Assembly (NCBI GenBank): GCA_002633005.1
Contig: NMRA01000043.1
Span: 400,018 to 464,017, forward strand
DNA: 64,000 bases
From: Phoronis australis
Lineage: Eukaryota > Animalia > Phoronida
Reading direction: 5' to 3'
Positions 30,686 through 44,450 of this stretch are shown here, in pieces. The stretch's first letter is position 1; each line of letters opens with the position of its first letter. The notes below the pieces were generated by a model, which saw only the letters and a list, made by a program, of their open reading frames with translations, had not been told where the DNA came from and made no database searches. Position numbers and translations under genes: made by a program.

Positions 30686-30921
30686 TAAACGTATCCATGC
30701 ATTGTCTGCTGGTTACAAACCGAAAAGCAAGTTAACTCTGACACGTTTATTTCCATATTATCTGAAAGCTCAGTTTCAACATAAAAACTTTGATTGAACA
30801 ATATAAACGTATCCATGCATTGTCTGCTGGTTACAAACCGAAACGCAAGTTAACTCTGACAGGTTTATTTCCATATTATTCTGAAAGCTCAGTTTCAACA
30901 TAAAAACTTTGATTGAACAAT
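30686..30921. repeat. 118-bp direct tandem duplication
   Basis: taaacgtatccatgcattgtctgctgg...ttgattgaacaat at 30686 and 30804, with a few differences. Confidence 0.9.
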
Positions 30922-31249
30922 TACCCAAAACAGATTAAAAAGACAATCATGATAATAAAACGAGTAGTTTCTCATCTACTCGTGATCCCCATTTGTCGTC
31001 CTGGTAGTCGTCTGAATTGTTGAAGAAGCGCTGTCGTTCTACAGGTTTAGGCTTACTGCAAACGATGGGACTAGTGCGTCGACTAGTACAGTGCTGCGCG
31101 GCTGAAGACACGATTAACTAACATATTGTATATATAAGGGCGTTGACTAGAAAGCAAATGCAATTTCAAATGCTACCAACATCAAATTCACCCAACCGTT
31201 CTTTTACAATTAAAACCTTTCTCATCCACAGCCTTTGAAACGCCCGATG

Positions 31250-31760
31250 TTAACTCAGTGATACACTGGCGCGTCTTCATGCAACTGAGGTGACCTAACA
31301 CATCTGGGTTCGCTTACGTTTTCAAAAATGTTTATTTTTCACATAAGATGTCCTTATTACATGTACCAAATATCCACGACAATATCCCTGATATCGCACT
31401 GCCGCGCGCAAGCGGTCCCGGCAGACAATCGTGACTTAGACTGAGAATGTGCTTCTCCTTTTTATCGTATTAAGACAACCAAAGTGAAAATGACAACCTT
31501 ATTAATCGCCAAACGACGGTCCCGTCTTTACTTTCAGTTGCCAAGAAATTCTCAAACCCTTTACTTGTTATGGGGCTACGTGCGCGAAATATGATTTGTC
31601 TTTCACATGTTGTTGCCAACGTAAAGTGTAGGCCTACTCCAGCGATTCAAGTGCGTGAACTCACGCGTGCGCACCACTTCAAAGAACAGCGACAGTCCTA
31701 AATGAAAGAGTATACCGTCTTGGCTCTGGTTTATTTGAAAATGAACTCAGATTCACAGCG
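31250..31760 (-). mobile_element. Degenerate internal fragment of the Tc2-like family
   Basis: atatcgcactgc..., gacaatcgtgactt, tcacatgttg and caaagaacagcgacagtcct match 50430-50720. Confidence 0.6.
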
Positions 31761-32456
31761 GTTATAAATGACCCGATGTCCCGGGACCGATACAACCCAG
31801 AACTGACGTTTTCCTGTTCCGATGTTTCCCGAGGTCGATGTTCTGTAAACCCTGTATTCTATACCCGTAGCCAGCTATTGCAACTAAACTGGCACTAGAT
31901 GCGAAACTGTGGTTCAAGTTAGCGAACTTTTCATCCTTCTCTTTATACACCCCCCTCCCCGGCAACTTTTCGCTCCCCGAACCACCGTCGCCGTAAAATG
32001 TTCAGACTGCTATAGAAACAACCTTGTCAGTTCCGGCTGAAGCAGGCAGTTAAAAACAAAATCCTTCCGGGTGGCTAAAAAAGGTAGGCCTACAATGTAG
32101 GTGGTAACAATATCCAGAAAGTCACCCTATACTAGATGGAGTTTGCCTTGCAAAATCGTATTATTATAACGTTTCTTACCATTGCAGCGTTTTAATACCT
32201 AATTACTGCAAACACTGAGGTTAACGACTATGCTCACGCACAAGCCTACTCTCTACCTTTAAAATGTTTCATAATAAGCTCTCACTGATCTATTAAAAGT
32301 CCCCCCCTTAAATTTTGAGAATTTCCAATTAAGCGCCCACAGTTCAAGCTAGCGCCCATCATAGCGCACTACAAACGACTGCGTGTGGCTTAAAATTGAC
32401 ACGCAGCTTATATGGTGTGTCACTTTCATTTTACACAACTTCAGTTTTCAAAAACG

Positions 32457-33424
32457 NNNNNNNNNNNNNNNNNNNNNNNNNNNNNNNNNNNNNNNNNNNN
32501 NNNNNNNNNNNNNNNNNNNNNNNNNNNNNNNNNNNNNNNNNNNNNNNNNNNNNNNNNNNNNNNNNNNNNNNNNNNNNNNNNNNNNNNNNNNNNNNNNNNN
32601 NNNNNNNNNNNNNNNNNNNNNNNNNNNNNNNNNNNNNNNNNNNNNNNNNNNNNNNNNNNNNNNNNNNNNNNNNNNNNNNNNNNNNNNNNNNNNNNNNNNN
32701 NNNNNNNNNNNNNNNNNNNNNNNNNNNNNNNNNNNNNNNNNNNNNNNNNNNNNNNNNNNNNNNNNNNNNNNNNNNNNNNNNNNNNNNNNNNNNNNNNNNN
32801 NNNNNNNNNNNNNNNNNNNNNNNNNNNNNNNNNNNNNNNNNNNNNNNNNNNNNNNNNNNNNNNNNNNNNNNNNNNNNNNNNNNNNNNNNNNNNNNNNNNN
32901 NNNNNNNNNNNNNNNNNNNNNNNNNNNNNNNNNNNNNNNNNNNNNNNNNNNNNNNNNNNNNNNNNNNNNNNNNNNNNNNNNNNNNNNNNNNNNNNNNNNN
33001 NNNNNNNNNNNNNNNNNNNNNNNNNNNNNNNNNNNNNNNNNNNNNNNNNNNNNNNNNNNNNNNNNNNNNNNNNNNNNNNNNNNNNNNNNNNNNNNNNNNN
33101 NNNNNNNNNNNNNNNNNNNNNNNNNNNNNNNNNNNNNNNNNNNNNNNNNNNNNNNNNNNNNNNNNNNNNNNNNNNNNNNNNNNNNNNNNNNNNNNNNNNN
33201 NNNNNNNNNNNNNNNNNNNNNNNNNNNNNNNNNNNNNNNNNNNNNNNNNNNNNNNNNNNNNNNNNNNNNNNNNNNNNNNNNNNNNNNNNNNNNNNNNNNN
33301 NNNNNNNNNNNNNNNNNNNNNNNNNNNNNNNNNNNNNNNNNNNNNNNNNNNNNNNNNNNNNNNNNNNNNNNNNNNNNNNNNNNNNNNNNNNNNNNNNNNN
33401 NNNNNNNNNNNNNNNNNNNNNNNN
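32457..33424. other. Assembly gap (N-run)
   Basis: N bases. Confidence 0.99.
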
Positions 33425-34569
33425 TGTGCACACCTAGGTAATGTGTTACCGTAGGGCTGCCTGTGCTGAGCCTCCTCTTGTGTTGTGCACGCTATATACA
33501 AGAGTTGCTATTTTTTTAATGATTCTTCTTATAGAACATTTATTTATAAGGTGTGTCAAAACTAGAGAGACAAATTAGAAGAGTAACTATGGTATCTGAA
33601 TCATTGTCACACGTTCACAGGCGCCGAAATGAACTAGGGCATGAACTCTAGACACTTCTGTGTATTCATTAGTTTATACGCCCTCATGCATTAAACTAGA
33701 GTTGTTGCTAACCTGAATTTCATTTTTTGCTATCCGTAAAAATCTTGCACAGTTTTGGTCATCGGTAGCTTGTATTAAATTAAAATCAAATTTTAACATA
33801 TAATAATGCCACATATACTTTTATTTTCAATAAATAATTACATTTTTGAAAAATAGATAGACCGCGAAAAAGTCACCCTTCAGACTTCAGAGCGGCAATT
33901 CCGAAGACCGTATTCCTCTTCTTTCGGGAGTCGCCACCGGGAGCCGGGAATTCATAAGAATGTCCTTTGTAATTCCCCCTGAATAAATACCAGGCCTTTT
34001 AAACTGCTGTGTATTGTAGAAAATATGTCGTCAATCATTCACTTTTTAGCTTTTGCGCTTATCTTTATGACTTACATCCGCAGACGAAAGCGGTGCTTCC
34101 AGCTGTACATGGGTAAAGGCCGGCAAAAATCAAACGTCATCCCTTGTTCACTGTCTCGCAGGCCAGAAAACCTAATTTCCCATGACGGAACCCATCCCCG
34201 CACTCTTTTCGTTTCATATTATTGCTTTGATTCTTCCTGAACTCGTTTTTTAGCAACTAAACCAATGCCGTCCAGGCCTGGACAGCTTCCATGTTTAGAC
34301 ATTTTGTCAGAGTGCAGACGATCAGTAGTATCATGTGACAACTTATTCAGAAACTGCAGGGCACGTTCAGAGAATCGAAAGGATTTGACCGCGAGCGTCA
34401 TCTGCATCGCACTCGTTCTATTTTCCTTTCGGTGCTCATTCGAAGACGGGAGTTTCTTGACGGCCACAGGGGCTTTTTCGACGATTTTTAGGCTTGTGTC
34501 GGGGTTCGTTACTTTGGAGCAAATGTCGAGCAGACAATCGTAGGATATACTTGCCTATGCAGCTAGCTT

Positions 34570-34668
34570 TTTAACTTGCCCATCGGGCAAGTACTTTTCA
34601 AATTCCACTTGCACGACGCAAAATCTACATGTACACGGGCAATCGGGCAACCGTTAGTGTTGAGCCCT
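34570..34668. mobile_element. Probable hAT-like element end
   Basis: Repeated gggcaa/ttgccc subterminal motifs ending in agtgttgagccctg; partner end not found (possibly in the gap). Confidence 0.4.
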
Positions 34669-36049
34669 GTAACTGCACAGAAGCATAAAGGGACATCAGC
34701 ATTTTACTGTCATGAAATGTATAATGGAATTGTTGTTGGAGGGGATAGACTTTTTGAAGTTGTTGGTTTTGTCAAGAACTATAAAACATGATAATCTGTT
34801 GTTTTTGTGATTTTACTACAATTCACCTATTATTGCCATCATCTGCCAGCCATTAACTGAAATCGAGGCTGGGGACTTTAATTTACAACAGCATTTAGCT
34901 CAGCCAGCTATACATTTGTCACAGGTGGATATTAAACCAAGCATGGGCACTATCCCGAATGAGAACAGTATGCATAAGACCCCCAGGGATGTGCACTACA
35001 CATCACAGCTAGATGAAGGTAATTAAATGAGACCACATTTAGACTGTATGCAAATATTTGCACAAGGCCTCTGTATTGTGAACCTGAGAGACTTCCTCAT
35101 ACACAGTGGTGAAGGATCGATGGAGTTGCAGATGGGTACACTACTCTACATACAATCTTTTAATAGTAGATAGTTTATGAAAGGATTGCAATTAAACCAA
35201 TGCCTTAAATATATCACCCACATCATCGTCACTATTTAGTACCCCTGAACTAAACATTATTACTAGTACTATTGTAGTACAATTCTATTATCATAATTTA
35301 ATTCTCATCGTTCTCACCAGGATTACATTATGCATCGTCATACTCAATTTGTTATTCCCTAAACTATAGAACACATCAATCACAATCCTAAGTTGGCCAA
35401 ACTTTTCAGTTTAAAACAGCACTTACAGGAGATAATTATTCATAAGCCACGCTGATGTAGAACAAACTATGTGATATAAGAAATAACTCAGTACAAGGAC
35501 ACACAAAACAGGCTAACAGAATTTGTAAACAATAGCTTGGACCAATCAGATCATTCAGAACCTGCCACGTGACTACTTCTCTCTTGAACTGCAAAAATCG
35601 AGTCCGTCAAAATAAGGTTTTTTAACAAAAATAAAACAAGAAAATGTCAAAATAAATTGGAATACATCAACGGCAACTTAAACCACATCTGCAGTAATGA
35701 AAATAGCACTTTGTATCCCGTTTTGGCGACACGTGGAAAATCGGCTGACTCGGGCCTAGCAGCCAACTTGGCAACTGCCGGCACGGGCTTGCACGTGGGA
35801 TCAAACAAAAGAATTTCATATATCACATCTCATGATTCCAATCCCACGAATTACCGGTTATGGTTGAATTTCCTTTTAGAAAGCATTTTTCTTTCTTGTG
35901 TTTCATCGTTTTCAGGTGGTTCTCTGCAATTCTGTCATGCACGCCGTAATTGTCATTCTGTCGATGTTTACAGAGCGCAAACCCAGACTTTTGTAGTTTG
36001 CGAACACATTGATTGTTTCTTTTATCCATTTTTTCCACAAAATATTCTA

Positions 36050-36358
36050 TATACTCCAAGCTCCACACATTTTTGGCCGCAGAATCGCACTATTGGTCAC
36101 CGCGATTAATACCATATGCAGACGCCATTGATGAATCACGCAATCCCAGGTGACTCAGCAATTAGGATTTTCGTTCCTCCAATAATGAAGAGCAGTTTCC
36201 GCTTTTGGAGTCATCAGCAACGCCGAGGTTAGAAACCAATTTATGGCAAAAATTTTATGGCAATTCCGATTTTTTACGCGGAAATATAACAAAAATGTCC
36301 GGAGGGAATAAGAAAAAAAGCAGAAATCCACGTTTCCGCAGAAAATTCTAAGCCTTGA
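36050..36358. mobile_element. Right part of a relative of the hAT-like MITE at 21688-22181
   Basis: ccgattttttacgcggaaatata...ccacgtttccgcagaaaattctaagccttg aligns with 22068-22181. Confidence 0.7.
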
Positions 36359-37677
36359 GAAATGCAATATCATCACTTATTAATGCACCAATACGACCAA
36401 AACTTGAAATTATAATTCTAGTTGATTGCTAATACAGTTAGTACTGTGTAGATGTCACAAAACATTTGGTCAAGTTACCAAAATTTGCAGATAAGCAATC
36501 AAAAAAGGAAGGACTCTTTTGGCAATTAATTGTGCGCAATACCGGTATATATAGAGGATAACTATTTATCAAGCTATTCAATGTTGCCAGTGAATTTTAT
36601 TTTGTTGAATTTCTTCCATAAATGGTAATGATGGACAATCTTAGAGCTTGGTTTATGATGAACAGATGCCATCAAACAACGCTTCAGCAACATTTAGATA
36701 ATTTGAAACAACATTATTGAAAAATTCAAAAATGCCAAAGTTTGCAATTATTTGAATGCAAAACAGACTAAGAATAACTGCAGAATGCCAACAAGTGCAG
36801 AAATCCAAACAAGGTTGTTGGTCCTAATAAGAGCATGAAATAAGATCTCAAAATTACAGCTTATTAATCCTTCTTCAACAAAGATGAGGCATTGGTAAAT
36901 TGTGTGTAAGGTGCTGCAACAATGCTTTACTGTTCTGGTTCTGACAGGGGAATTAAACCAAATACACCCAAACAATAGAAGTGACCTCACCACCCAAAAT
37001 TAAAGGTCACACAGAACAGGCCTGCACTCAGTGCAGTAGAGATGACACACCACTATAATGGCAGATTTCAGTGACAAGTTAATAAACTGAGGGTCAAAGG
37101 AGGATGATGCAGTGATTAAGGACACTCCAGCTCACATCAGGTATGAGGGTTCATTTTCCTCTACTCCACTCAAATGTAATTGTGTTCCATTTCGTAATTA
37201 TGGAAATGGGAAGATCATTGATTGCGGTGGAAATAAGAGCGTTGATATGCGTCCACCATGTGCATTCACAGCGCATGCACAAGGGATGATCATCACCATT
37301 TTCAAACATTCCCACAAAAGGGTACAATACTAGTACACTCTAGATTGCACAAAGCAAGTCACCAATGTTCTCCTGAATGTGAACACACCTTGGATGGATG
37401 GACTGGCATGCTGCTGTAATGCACCCACATACATACCGGTACATACCAGTACATACATGACCTAAGTCAAGTGCTCCAACTTCTGACAATAGATTACATA
37501 ATCAATTTCATTCATTGGTTAGAAAAACCTGTCTGATTAGCAAAACTCATAATGTATCAACTAGGTGCACCCCTCTGAAGAGGATAGACAATACGCTGCT
37601 CAGAAGGCTGATTTTTTCTGACACAAACATATTCACCTTGACAGTTCAGAAACTCTTCAAATGGTTTTCTTTCCAAT

Positions 37678-37708
37678 AAAACAAAACAAAACAAAACAAA
37701 ACAAAAAA
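37678..37708. repeat. (AAAAC)n microsatellite
   Basis: Direct reading. Confidence 0.9.
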
Positions 37709-38542
37709 CCTGCAATGCTATCTATAATTCAAAAACTTCTGTTGGATATGATGTCCTGATTTTTGACAACATGGCAATCTTTTTACAGACCTGTGTACCA
37801 CCAAAACTGCATTGGAGTACTCTGAACACCAGATTTACAGATTTTCATACACAGACCAAATTTACCCTAAAATGTAGGGGGGTTTGAATTTTTCGCAGTG
37901 GGCCTTTCACTCAAAAAAAAACAGGTTTGCTCAGCGTTCAGAGCTTTCACTGAATTCTCGTCTCTTTAGTGGACTTTTGTCTCGTTTTCTCAGACTTTTG
38001 GTTTCTCTCAGGACCTTTTTGCTCACTTTGCCAAATGGAGGACTCAATCAAGCCCCTCCCATGTACGCACATGGGTACTTTCCTACTTACTTGCCACTGA
38101 AACAGTTTCTAAAATACACATTTTAGTGAATTGTTCACCAATTTTCAGAATAATTTAAGTGTTTTAGTTGAGGGACAATGCGCTTAGTGAAAAGATCCTG
38201 TTAATAGAAAATGTCCTTATTGAACTTAGTTATGTTATTATACATGCCTATGTACACATCATATCTTAACACAAAAACATATCTGCAAAAATGTGTTGCT
38301 GGACTGGACAATGTTTTGCACCAGACGATATTTTCTGAACCATTCACAAAAGTTTTGAATAATAATCATTGCAAGTTTCTGAGAACACGTACCACCGTAC
38401 TGCAGGCGAAAAGACCTCGAGGCTCGACTGTGGCTCGAGTATTATCGTCAGCTCAACATGCTACGAATTCAGTGCATTCACCATGTCCGCAAAAAACAAC
38501 ACACTATACAACTTGCAGTATAAATTTTACGGTCCCTTGAAT

Positions 38543-39211
38543 NNNNNNNNNNNNNNNNNNNNNNNNNNNNNNNNNNNNNNNNNNNNNNNNNNNNNNNNNN
38601 NNNNNNNNNNNNNNNNNNNNNNNNNNNNNNNNNNNNNNNNNNNNNNNNNNNNNNNNNNNNNNNNNNNNNNNNNNNNNNNNNNNNNNNNNNNNNNNNNNNN
38701 NNNNNNNNNNNNNNNNNNNNNNNNNNNNNNNNNNNNNNNNNNNNNNNNNNNNNNNNNNNNNNNNNNNNNNNNNNNNNNNNNNNNNNNNNNNNNNNNNNNN
38801 NNNNNNNNNNNNNNNNNNNNNNNNNNNNNNNNNNNNNNNNNNNNNNNNNNNNNNNNNNNNNNNNNNNNNNNNNNNNNNNNNNNNNNNNNNNNNNNNNNNN
38901 NNNNNNNNNNNNNNNNNNNNNNNNNNNNNNNNNNNNNNNNNNNNNNNNNNNNNNNNNNNNNNNNNNNNNNNNNNNNNNNNNNNNNNNNNNNNNNNNNNNN
39001 NNNNNNNNNNNNNNNNNNNNNNNNNNNNNNNNNNNNNNNNNNNNNNNNNNNNNNNNNNNNNNNNNNNNNNNNNNNNNNNNNNNNNNNNNNNNNNNNNNNN
39101 NNNNNNNNNNNNNNNNNNNNNNNNNNNNNNNNNNNNNNNNNNNNNNNNNNNNNNNNNNNNNNNNNNNNNNNNNNNNNNNNNNNNNNNNNNNNNNNNNNNN
39201 NNNNNNNNNNN
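38543..39211. other. Assembly gap (N-run)
   Basis: N bases. Confidence 0.99.
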
Positions 39212-39463
39212 TATGACATTTTTCTCGTCATGTGGCGACGTGACGATAACGCTCTTTGAAAAGTACTACGCGTTCCGAGTACGAGGTAAGATTAACCGCC
39301 CAGGGCGGTTGCCTGTCGTAATAAGCGCCCATGTTCGGTTAACCGCCCACCCTGGATTTCTTGAAATTTCACGTTTAAGCGCCCATGTCTGGTTAACCGC
39401 CCACCCCCGATTTTTTGGGTTTGCCAATTTAACCGCCCAGGGCGTTAACCCGAACGATTACGG
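39212..39463 (+). mobile_element. Right end of a Tc2-like element (remainder in the N-gap)
   Basis: Ends cccgaacgattacgg|TA; near-identical to 51950-52209. Confidence 0.88.
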
Positions 39464-39528
39464 TATATATACCATAAACTCGCGGGTAACCGCCCATGCC
39501 CGTGTAATGTCATGGAAAGTTATATATA

Positions 39529-40921
39529 CCATAAACTCGCGGGTTACCGCCCATGCCTGTGTAATCGCCCATCCCCGACTTTTGGTCAATTTTCGGCTTA
39601 AGCACCCACTGCTTGGGTAATCGCCAATCCCCTACTTTGTGCTAATTTTCACGTAACCGTCCACCTCTCGGGTAATCGCAAATACCCAACTTACCGCTTA
39701 CAGAACTTGCAATTGAACTCGTGCTTTCGTTCACAGCTTGGCTTCGGGCTCAGACTTCCGTGTTTGCGGAAACACGGCGTACTTACACCTGCGTACAATT
39801 GTTTCGAAAACTATGTTTTTCAGCCGGCGTTTGTGGCAAAACTCAAGAGCTGCAACCACCTTTTTTAAACTTATCAACTAAACTTTTGTTAAATTAATAT
39901 AGGCCTACTCCGTAGACTTTTATGGAAGTGACGCAAGTCTACTACGAGATTAGGCATATGACGTCCTGGTCGTTACCGAAGTAGGTTGTCTAGGTGACAA
40001 GTTTTCGAATTATCTAGTCTAATTTTTTTCGTATCAGACACCATTTCCAATACTTTTTCGAGTTCAGTAGATCAAATTTTTTGAGTGTTTGGCGAGAACA
40101 GGTAAAACTTCATGTATTTTCTGACGGAGCACTTGATTTTGCTAGATTTTTTATACATATTTGAATTGATTGATTAATCTAACCCCTCTCGTTGTAATTG
40201 CACGCATAGACCACGTGATTTCGACAGACTTATTTCCTGAGTCAACTCAGATTGGAATTAAACAATAATTCACAACCCCCCACCCCTCATCCCCATCGTT
40301 GTTATTGCAAACAGTTTGTGACGGTCAGGAACGAATGGTCCGTGTTTTTAATCCAGCGCCAGATAAACTAAACAGTGAATCGAAAGTTTATTGGGTTTAA
40401 TACGCAGGCGACATTAACAACAACGAGACGGGACCGGAAGGGTTCCAACTAAACACAGTCGTACAAACAACACTAACAGTACAATGGCGCTGGAAACGAA
40501 ATGTAGTCCCGTTCACTGACCTGAAACAGTACTTGCTGATACGGTAAGAGGACCAACATTCTAGTCTCATAAAGCTCCGAGGTATGACATTTTGCAGCAC
40601 CCTAATATATTTGAAAACATTGAACTTTTTAACAACGTTCTCATGAAATCACCCTTACAAAGTCGAAATCTTGTATCCGTTTGAGCCGTGAGAAACTGTG
40701 TTGTTTGATCAAACTTACAAGTTCCGTGCTTGAATGAACAACCCGCGAGCTTGCCCAAGTTGGCTAAAACTTGGACATAAGCAGCTACTGCTTGGGTAAT
40801 CGCCCACCCCCGAATTTTTGCCAATTTTTTGATTTAAGCACCCACTGCTTGGGTATTCGCCCACCCCCGTCTCAGGGTTGCCCAATTTAAGCACCCAGGG
40901 TGTTAACCCGACAGTTTAAGG
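39529..40921 (+). mobile_element. Related Tc2-like subfamily element, preceded by a short duplicated left end (39472-39508)
   Basis: TA|ccataaactcgcgggtta ... ttaacccgacagtttaagg|TA; TAATCGCCC/TAAGCACCC subterminal arrays. Confidence 0.75.
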
Positions 40922-41298
40922 TACGTTGTTAACAACCTCAAAAGTACTGAATTGGGCTTGATGTTGGTAAAATCAGGCCCTGCTTTGGTGCTGAGGGCTG
41001 AAGTGCCAAGCCAGCCAAAGGTTTAAACCTGGCATGCCACTTTTTAAACTCCCAGACATTCCCCAAACTCGATGCGGCAAAATCCAAACTTGTTACAGCG
41101 TCAAGTTAAAACAGGTCGTGGAGAAAACTGTACTAAGTTTTCTCAGTTTAAATGGCATATCACTCTATCAGCCAAACAGGTCTGCTTTCACTTTTTCTCC
41201 AACAATCATGTTTATACCGATGCTCACGTACGCACCAACACTCCTACTTCGCAAACCTGGCTAAGTGCTCACTCTCAACATACGAGAATTTTCAATTA

Positions 41299-42660
41299 CC
41301 GTAATCGTTCGGGTTAACACCCATGCTCAGTTAACCGCCCACCCCTACTTTAGGTGGATTTTCGATTTAACCGCCCACTGCTCGGTTAACCGCCCCCCCT
41401 GCTATTTTTGAAGATTTCCAATTAAGCGCCCACCTCTCGGTTAAGCGCCCATCCCCTACTTTTGACGATTGGTGATTACCGCCCTGTGCTAATAGGAAAC
41501 GCGAATCCCCGACCTTTTAGATTAAGATCGATGATAACATTGAGTGCAACGACGGCCTCAGAGACCGCGGTTTAGCAATGTGAATTATGATACCAGTAAC
41601 AAATTATTGTAACGGGTCATCGATTAACTTCAAAATGTAATACTTGAACACTTTGTCACTTTCTTTTCTTCTCATGTTCGCAAACTTTAGGAACCGCGCT
41701 GGCGTCTACACCTCCACTTTCAGCCACAATCTCTGCCGCACTGAGTTATCGACTACAGTGCACTATATAAAAGATGCATTCGAAATAACCAGGTCAGAGA
41801 AATGTGACATTGGTTTTGCCAACCCTCTCAATGCGCTTTAGGTTGTAAGCTCTCGGGATTTTGAAGAATTCCCATAAACCGCGAAAAGTTGATAAATTCT
41901 TTATATTTTGGTGAGTGTAATTGCCGGGTTATCGAGATCCCCGTCTTTCGAGTACTCTCGTCACAGTGCATGGCAACTGAATAGTTGAACCCGATTTCGT
42001 GATTGATTATACATTTTTATGCTTTTTGACCATTCAGACCAGGAGTACATTCTGTTATCTCGAAATAATTTTGAACTGAAATTCGGAACTGCTGGTAGTC
42101 CTTGTCTACGTGACCGTCAGTTAAGTTGTTTATTATGGGAGTGCACTGATCAAACAGGAAAAATGGGTCAGCACGTGACCACAACTGGGTTAAAACGACA
42201 GCACAGCTACCGTCTGCTACGCAGGTGAACATGTTCAACGTCTGCGAAGTATAGTGAAATAATGAGCATAATTCGCAATAATCGGTCTCACCTGAGGCGC
42301 CATATTATGTAGCAAACTTTCTATGCAAGCGTTCGGAGTTTGACCACACTCTACATTTTCGAAACTATTTGTTAATTAGAGTGCGCAGAGTACGCACTTG
42401 GTGGCGATAAAGTTCTTTTCAAAGTGTTAGGCGATCCCAGTATGTGGCTTAGTACGTGTGGTGACTCAGATCATAAGGTAAGATTAACCGCCCAGGGCGG
42501 TTGCCTGTCGTAATAAGCGCCCATGTTCAGTTAACCGCCCCCCCCCGCCCCGATTTCTTGAAATTTCACGTTTAAGCGCCCATGTCTGGTTAACCGCCCA
42601 CCCCCGATTTTTTGGGTTCGCCAATTTAACCACCCAGGGCGTTAACCCGAACGATTACGG
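41299..42660 (+). mobile_element. Tc2-like non-autonomous element, 1362 bp
   Basis: Perfect TIR ccgtaatcgttcgggttaac / gttaacccgaacgattacgg with TA on both sides. Confidence 0.9.
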
Positions 42661-44450
42661 TAAGTACCACTGCTGAAACTAGAGCCCACCCGTGATTTAC
42701 TTCACCAAATTAATTCTTAAAACAGTAAGGCTCGCTTTGAAATGTGGAAACCGGATTAATTTTGTATTACAGTGTACTTTGCACTCATCTTCGGGGACAT
42801 CATAATCGGTTAGCATCTTGTACTGTACATTAAAAATGGCCACCTAGTTGAAAATGACAGAAACTATATAGTCAGCTACAGACTCTAATGCTAACCTACA
42901 ACTAATTTACTTTACAAAAGAATTGCCTTCTTGATGTTTTAAAAGTCAATCTTTGCTTTTTTTACCTCTGTAAGCAACATGACACAAGTGAACTCCATGT
43001 CTGTGTCACATGTACTTTTGTAGATGATCTATATTTTCTATACATGGCTGTATCCAGTGGACAAAACTCAAAATCATGCGATAACGGAAATTCGCACTAA
43101 GTTGAAGTATTTTGAGGGTTTTTTAATTTGTACAAAACTATTTATTGACTACACAAACAACAAAAGTCACAGGATTTTGCTCCTAAAATTTACATTGCAC
43201 CGTTGCTGCGCATAAATATGTCGTTCATCTAGGGCATATAACACCGGAAGTTTTATGGCAAGATGTTTTTCAATTGTTCCAGTTGCAAAACTTTAGACAG
43301 CAAACAAAAGGAAAGACTTTACACTTAGATTTATCTAACTTTTGGCAAGAAATCTTTGAAGATTGAAGTTTATTCCATTGTACAAAAGATTACTGAAAAG
43401 TCAAAACAGCACAAAGCATTATCTAACCAGTAAATATGAGCACAATGTTTAAGTGAGTTCAGTTTTTGTAGCAAGGTCAGTATTCCATGTGATGCGGCAG
43501 TAATCGGTAGTCTATCAACGACTTGTGGATTCATGCGTGTACTGTCTCAGTGACGACTGCATTATGCACACATGTATTTCCATACCAACAAGTGTAATGC
43601 ATGCCTTTTTAAAAAACACAACAGCACAGTGGGATGCTTTATCGCCAGATGTCACAAGGGAAAGTTGTTCAAGGATAACTCGTAGTTTGAACACGATAGA
43701 CGAAGAAGACCTTTCAACAAATTTAATTTTGACAAATCACAAAAACGATCACAAATTCATTTCTCTATCTACAAATACCTCTAACAATTTGTGAATTCCA
43801 CTATTACCAACAGATTATCTACCAAACTATAGGTTGGACAAACCTGCTGGTAAACACCATCTTGTACTCTAGTACTAGAAATATTTACCTTGAGGTCACC
43901 ACACAGCTGTCCAGTGTATTGATAATATCAGCATGTACATCTGTGAATGGTACTTGTGTTGTGGCCAGCTAACTACAGACTGAAGAGCTTCACAACTAGA
44001 AACATTTGTTGTATGATACTTCAAAAATAGTGAGGTTTTGCAAATATACCTCAGGCAGAGGCAGAAAGGGACACAACTTTTTTGTGTGCGTGACATGATT
44101 GCAGTCTGCGTTCATTATTTTGCAACATGTTGAGCTGGCAGTAAGAGAGGGCACTACACCTTAGTCATTATGTGTATGAAATGTGATGTTATATCAGACT
44201 GAAATATTGTTGTTATTGATTTTCAGAAAAGGACTAACCCTACTAACATTAAGTAAATCGACCACTTGTGGTTTTCCCAACTAAGAATGGAAAGTGAGAC
44301 ACCTAATCGCAAATCCTGTATCCACCCATTTCCTTTAAAAGATTTGCCACCAGTTTCGTAACCTTGATCCCCAGACATCTCAAATGTTACATTCATACCA
44401 TCACCTCCAGTTATCCCTGATTACACTACAGGGGGGGGCTACATGTATTA

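Noticed and set aside
32383-33501. Long ORFs across N-runs (also 11371-12068 and 38369-39259)
   Set aside because: Artefacts of translating assembly gaps
39213-39620. Recurrent ORF RGKINRPGRLPVVISAHVRLTAHPGFLEISRL (also at 19804, 49415, 51982) as a gene family
   Set aside because: Incidental translation of transposon terminal repeats; no transposase motifs, and the frame is not preserved among copies
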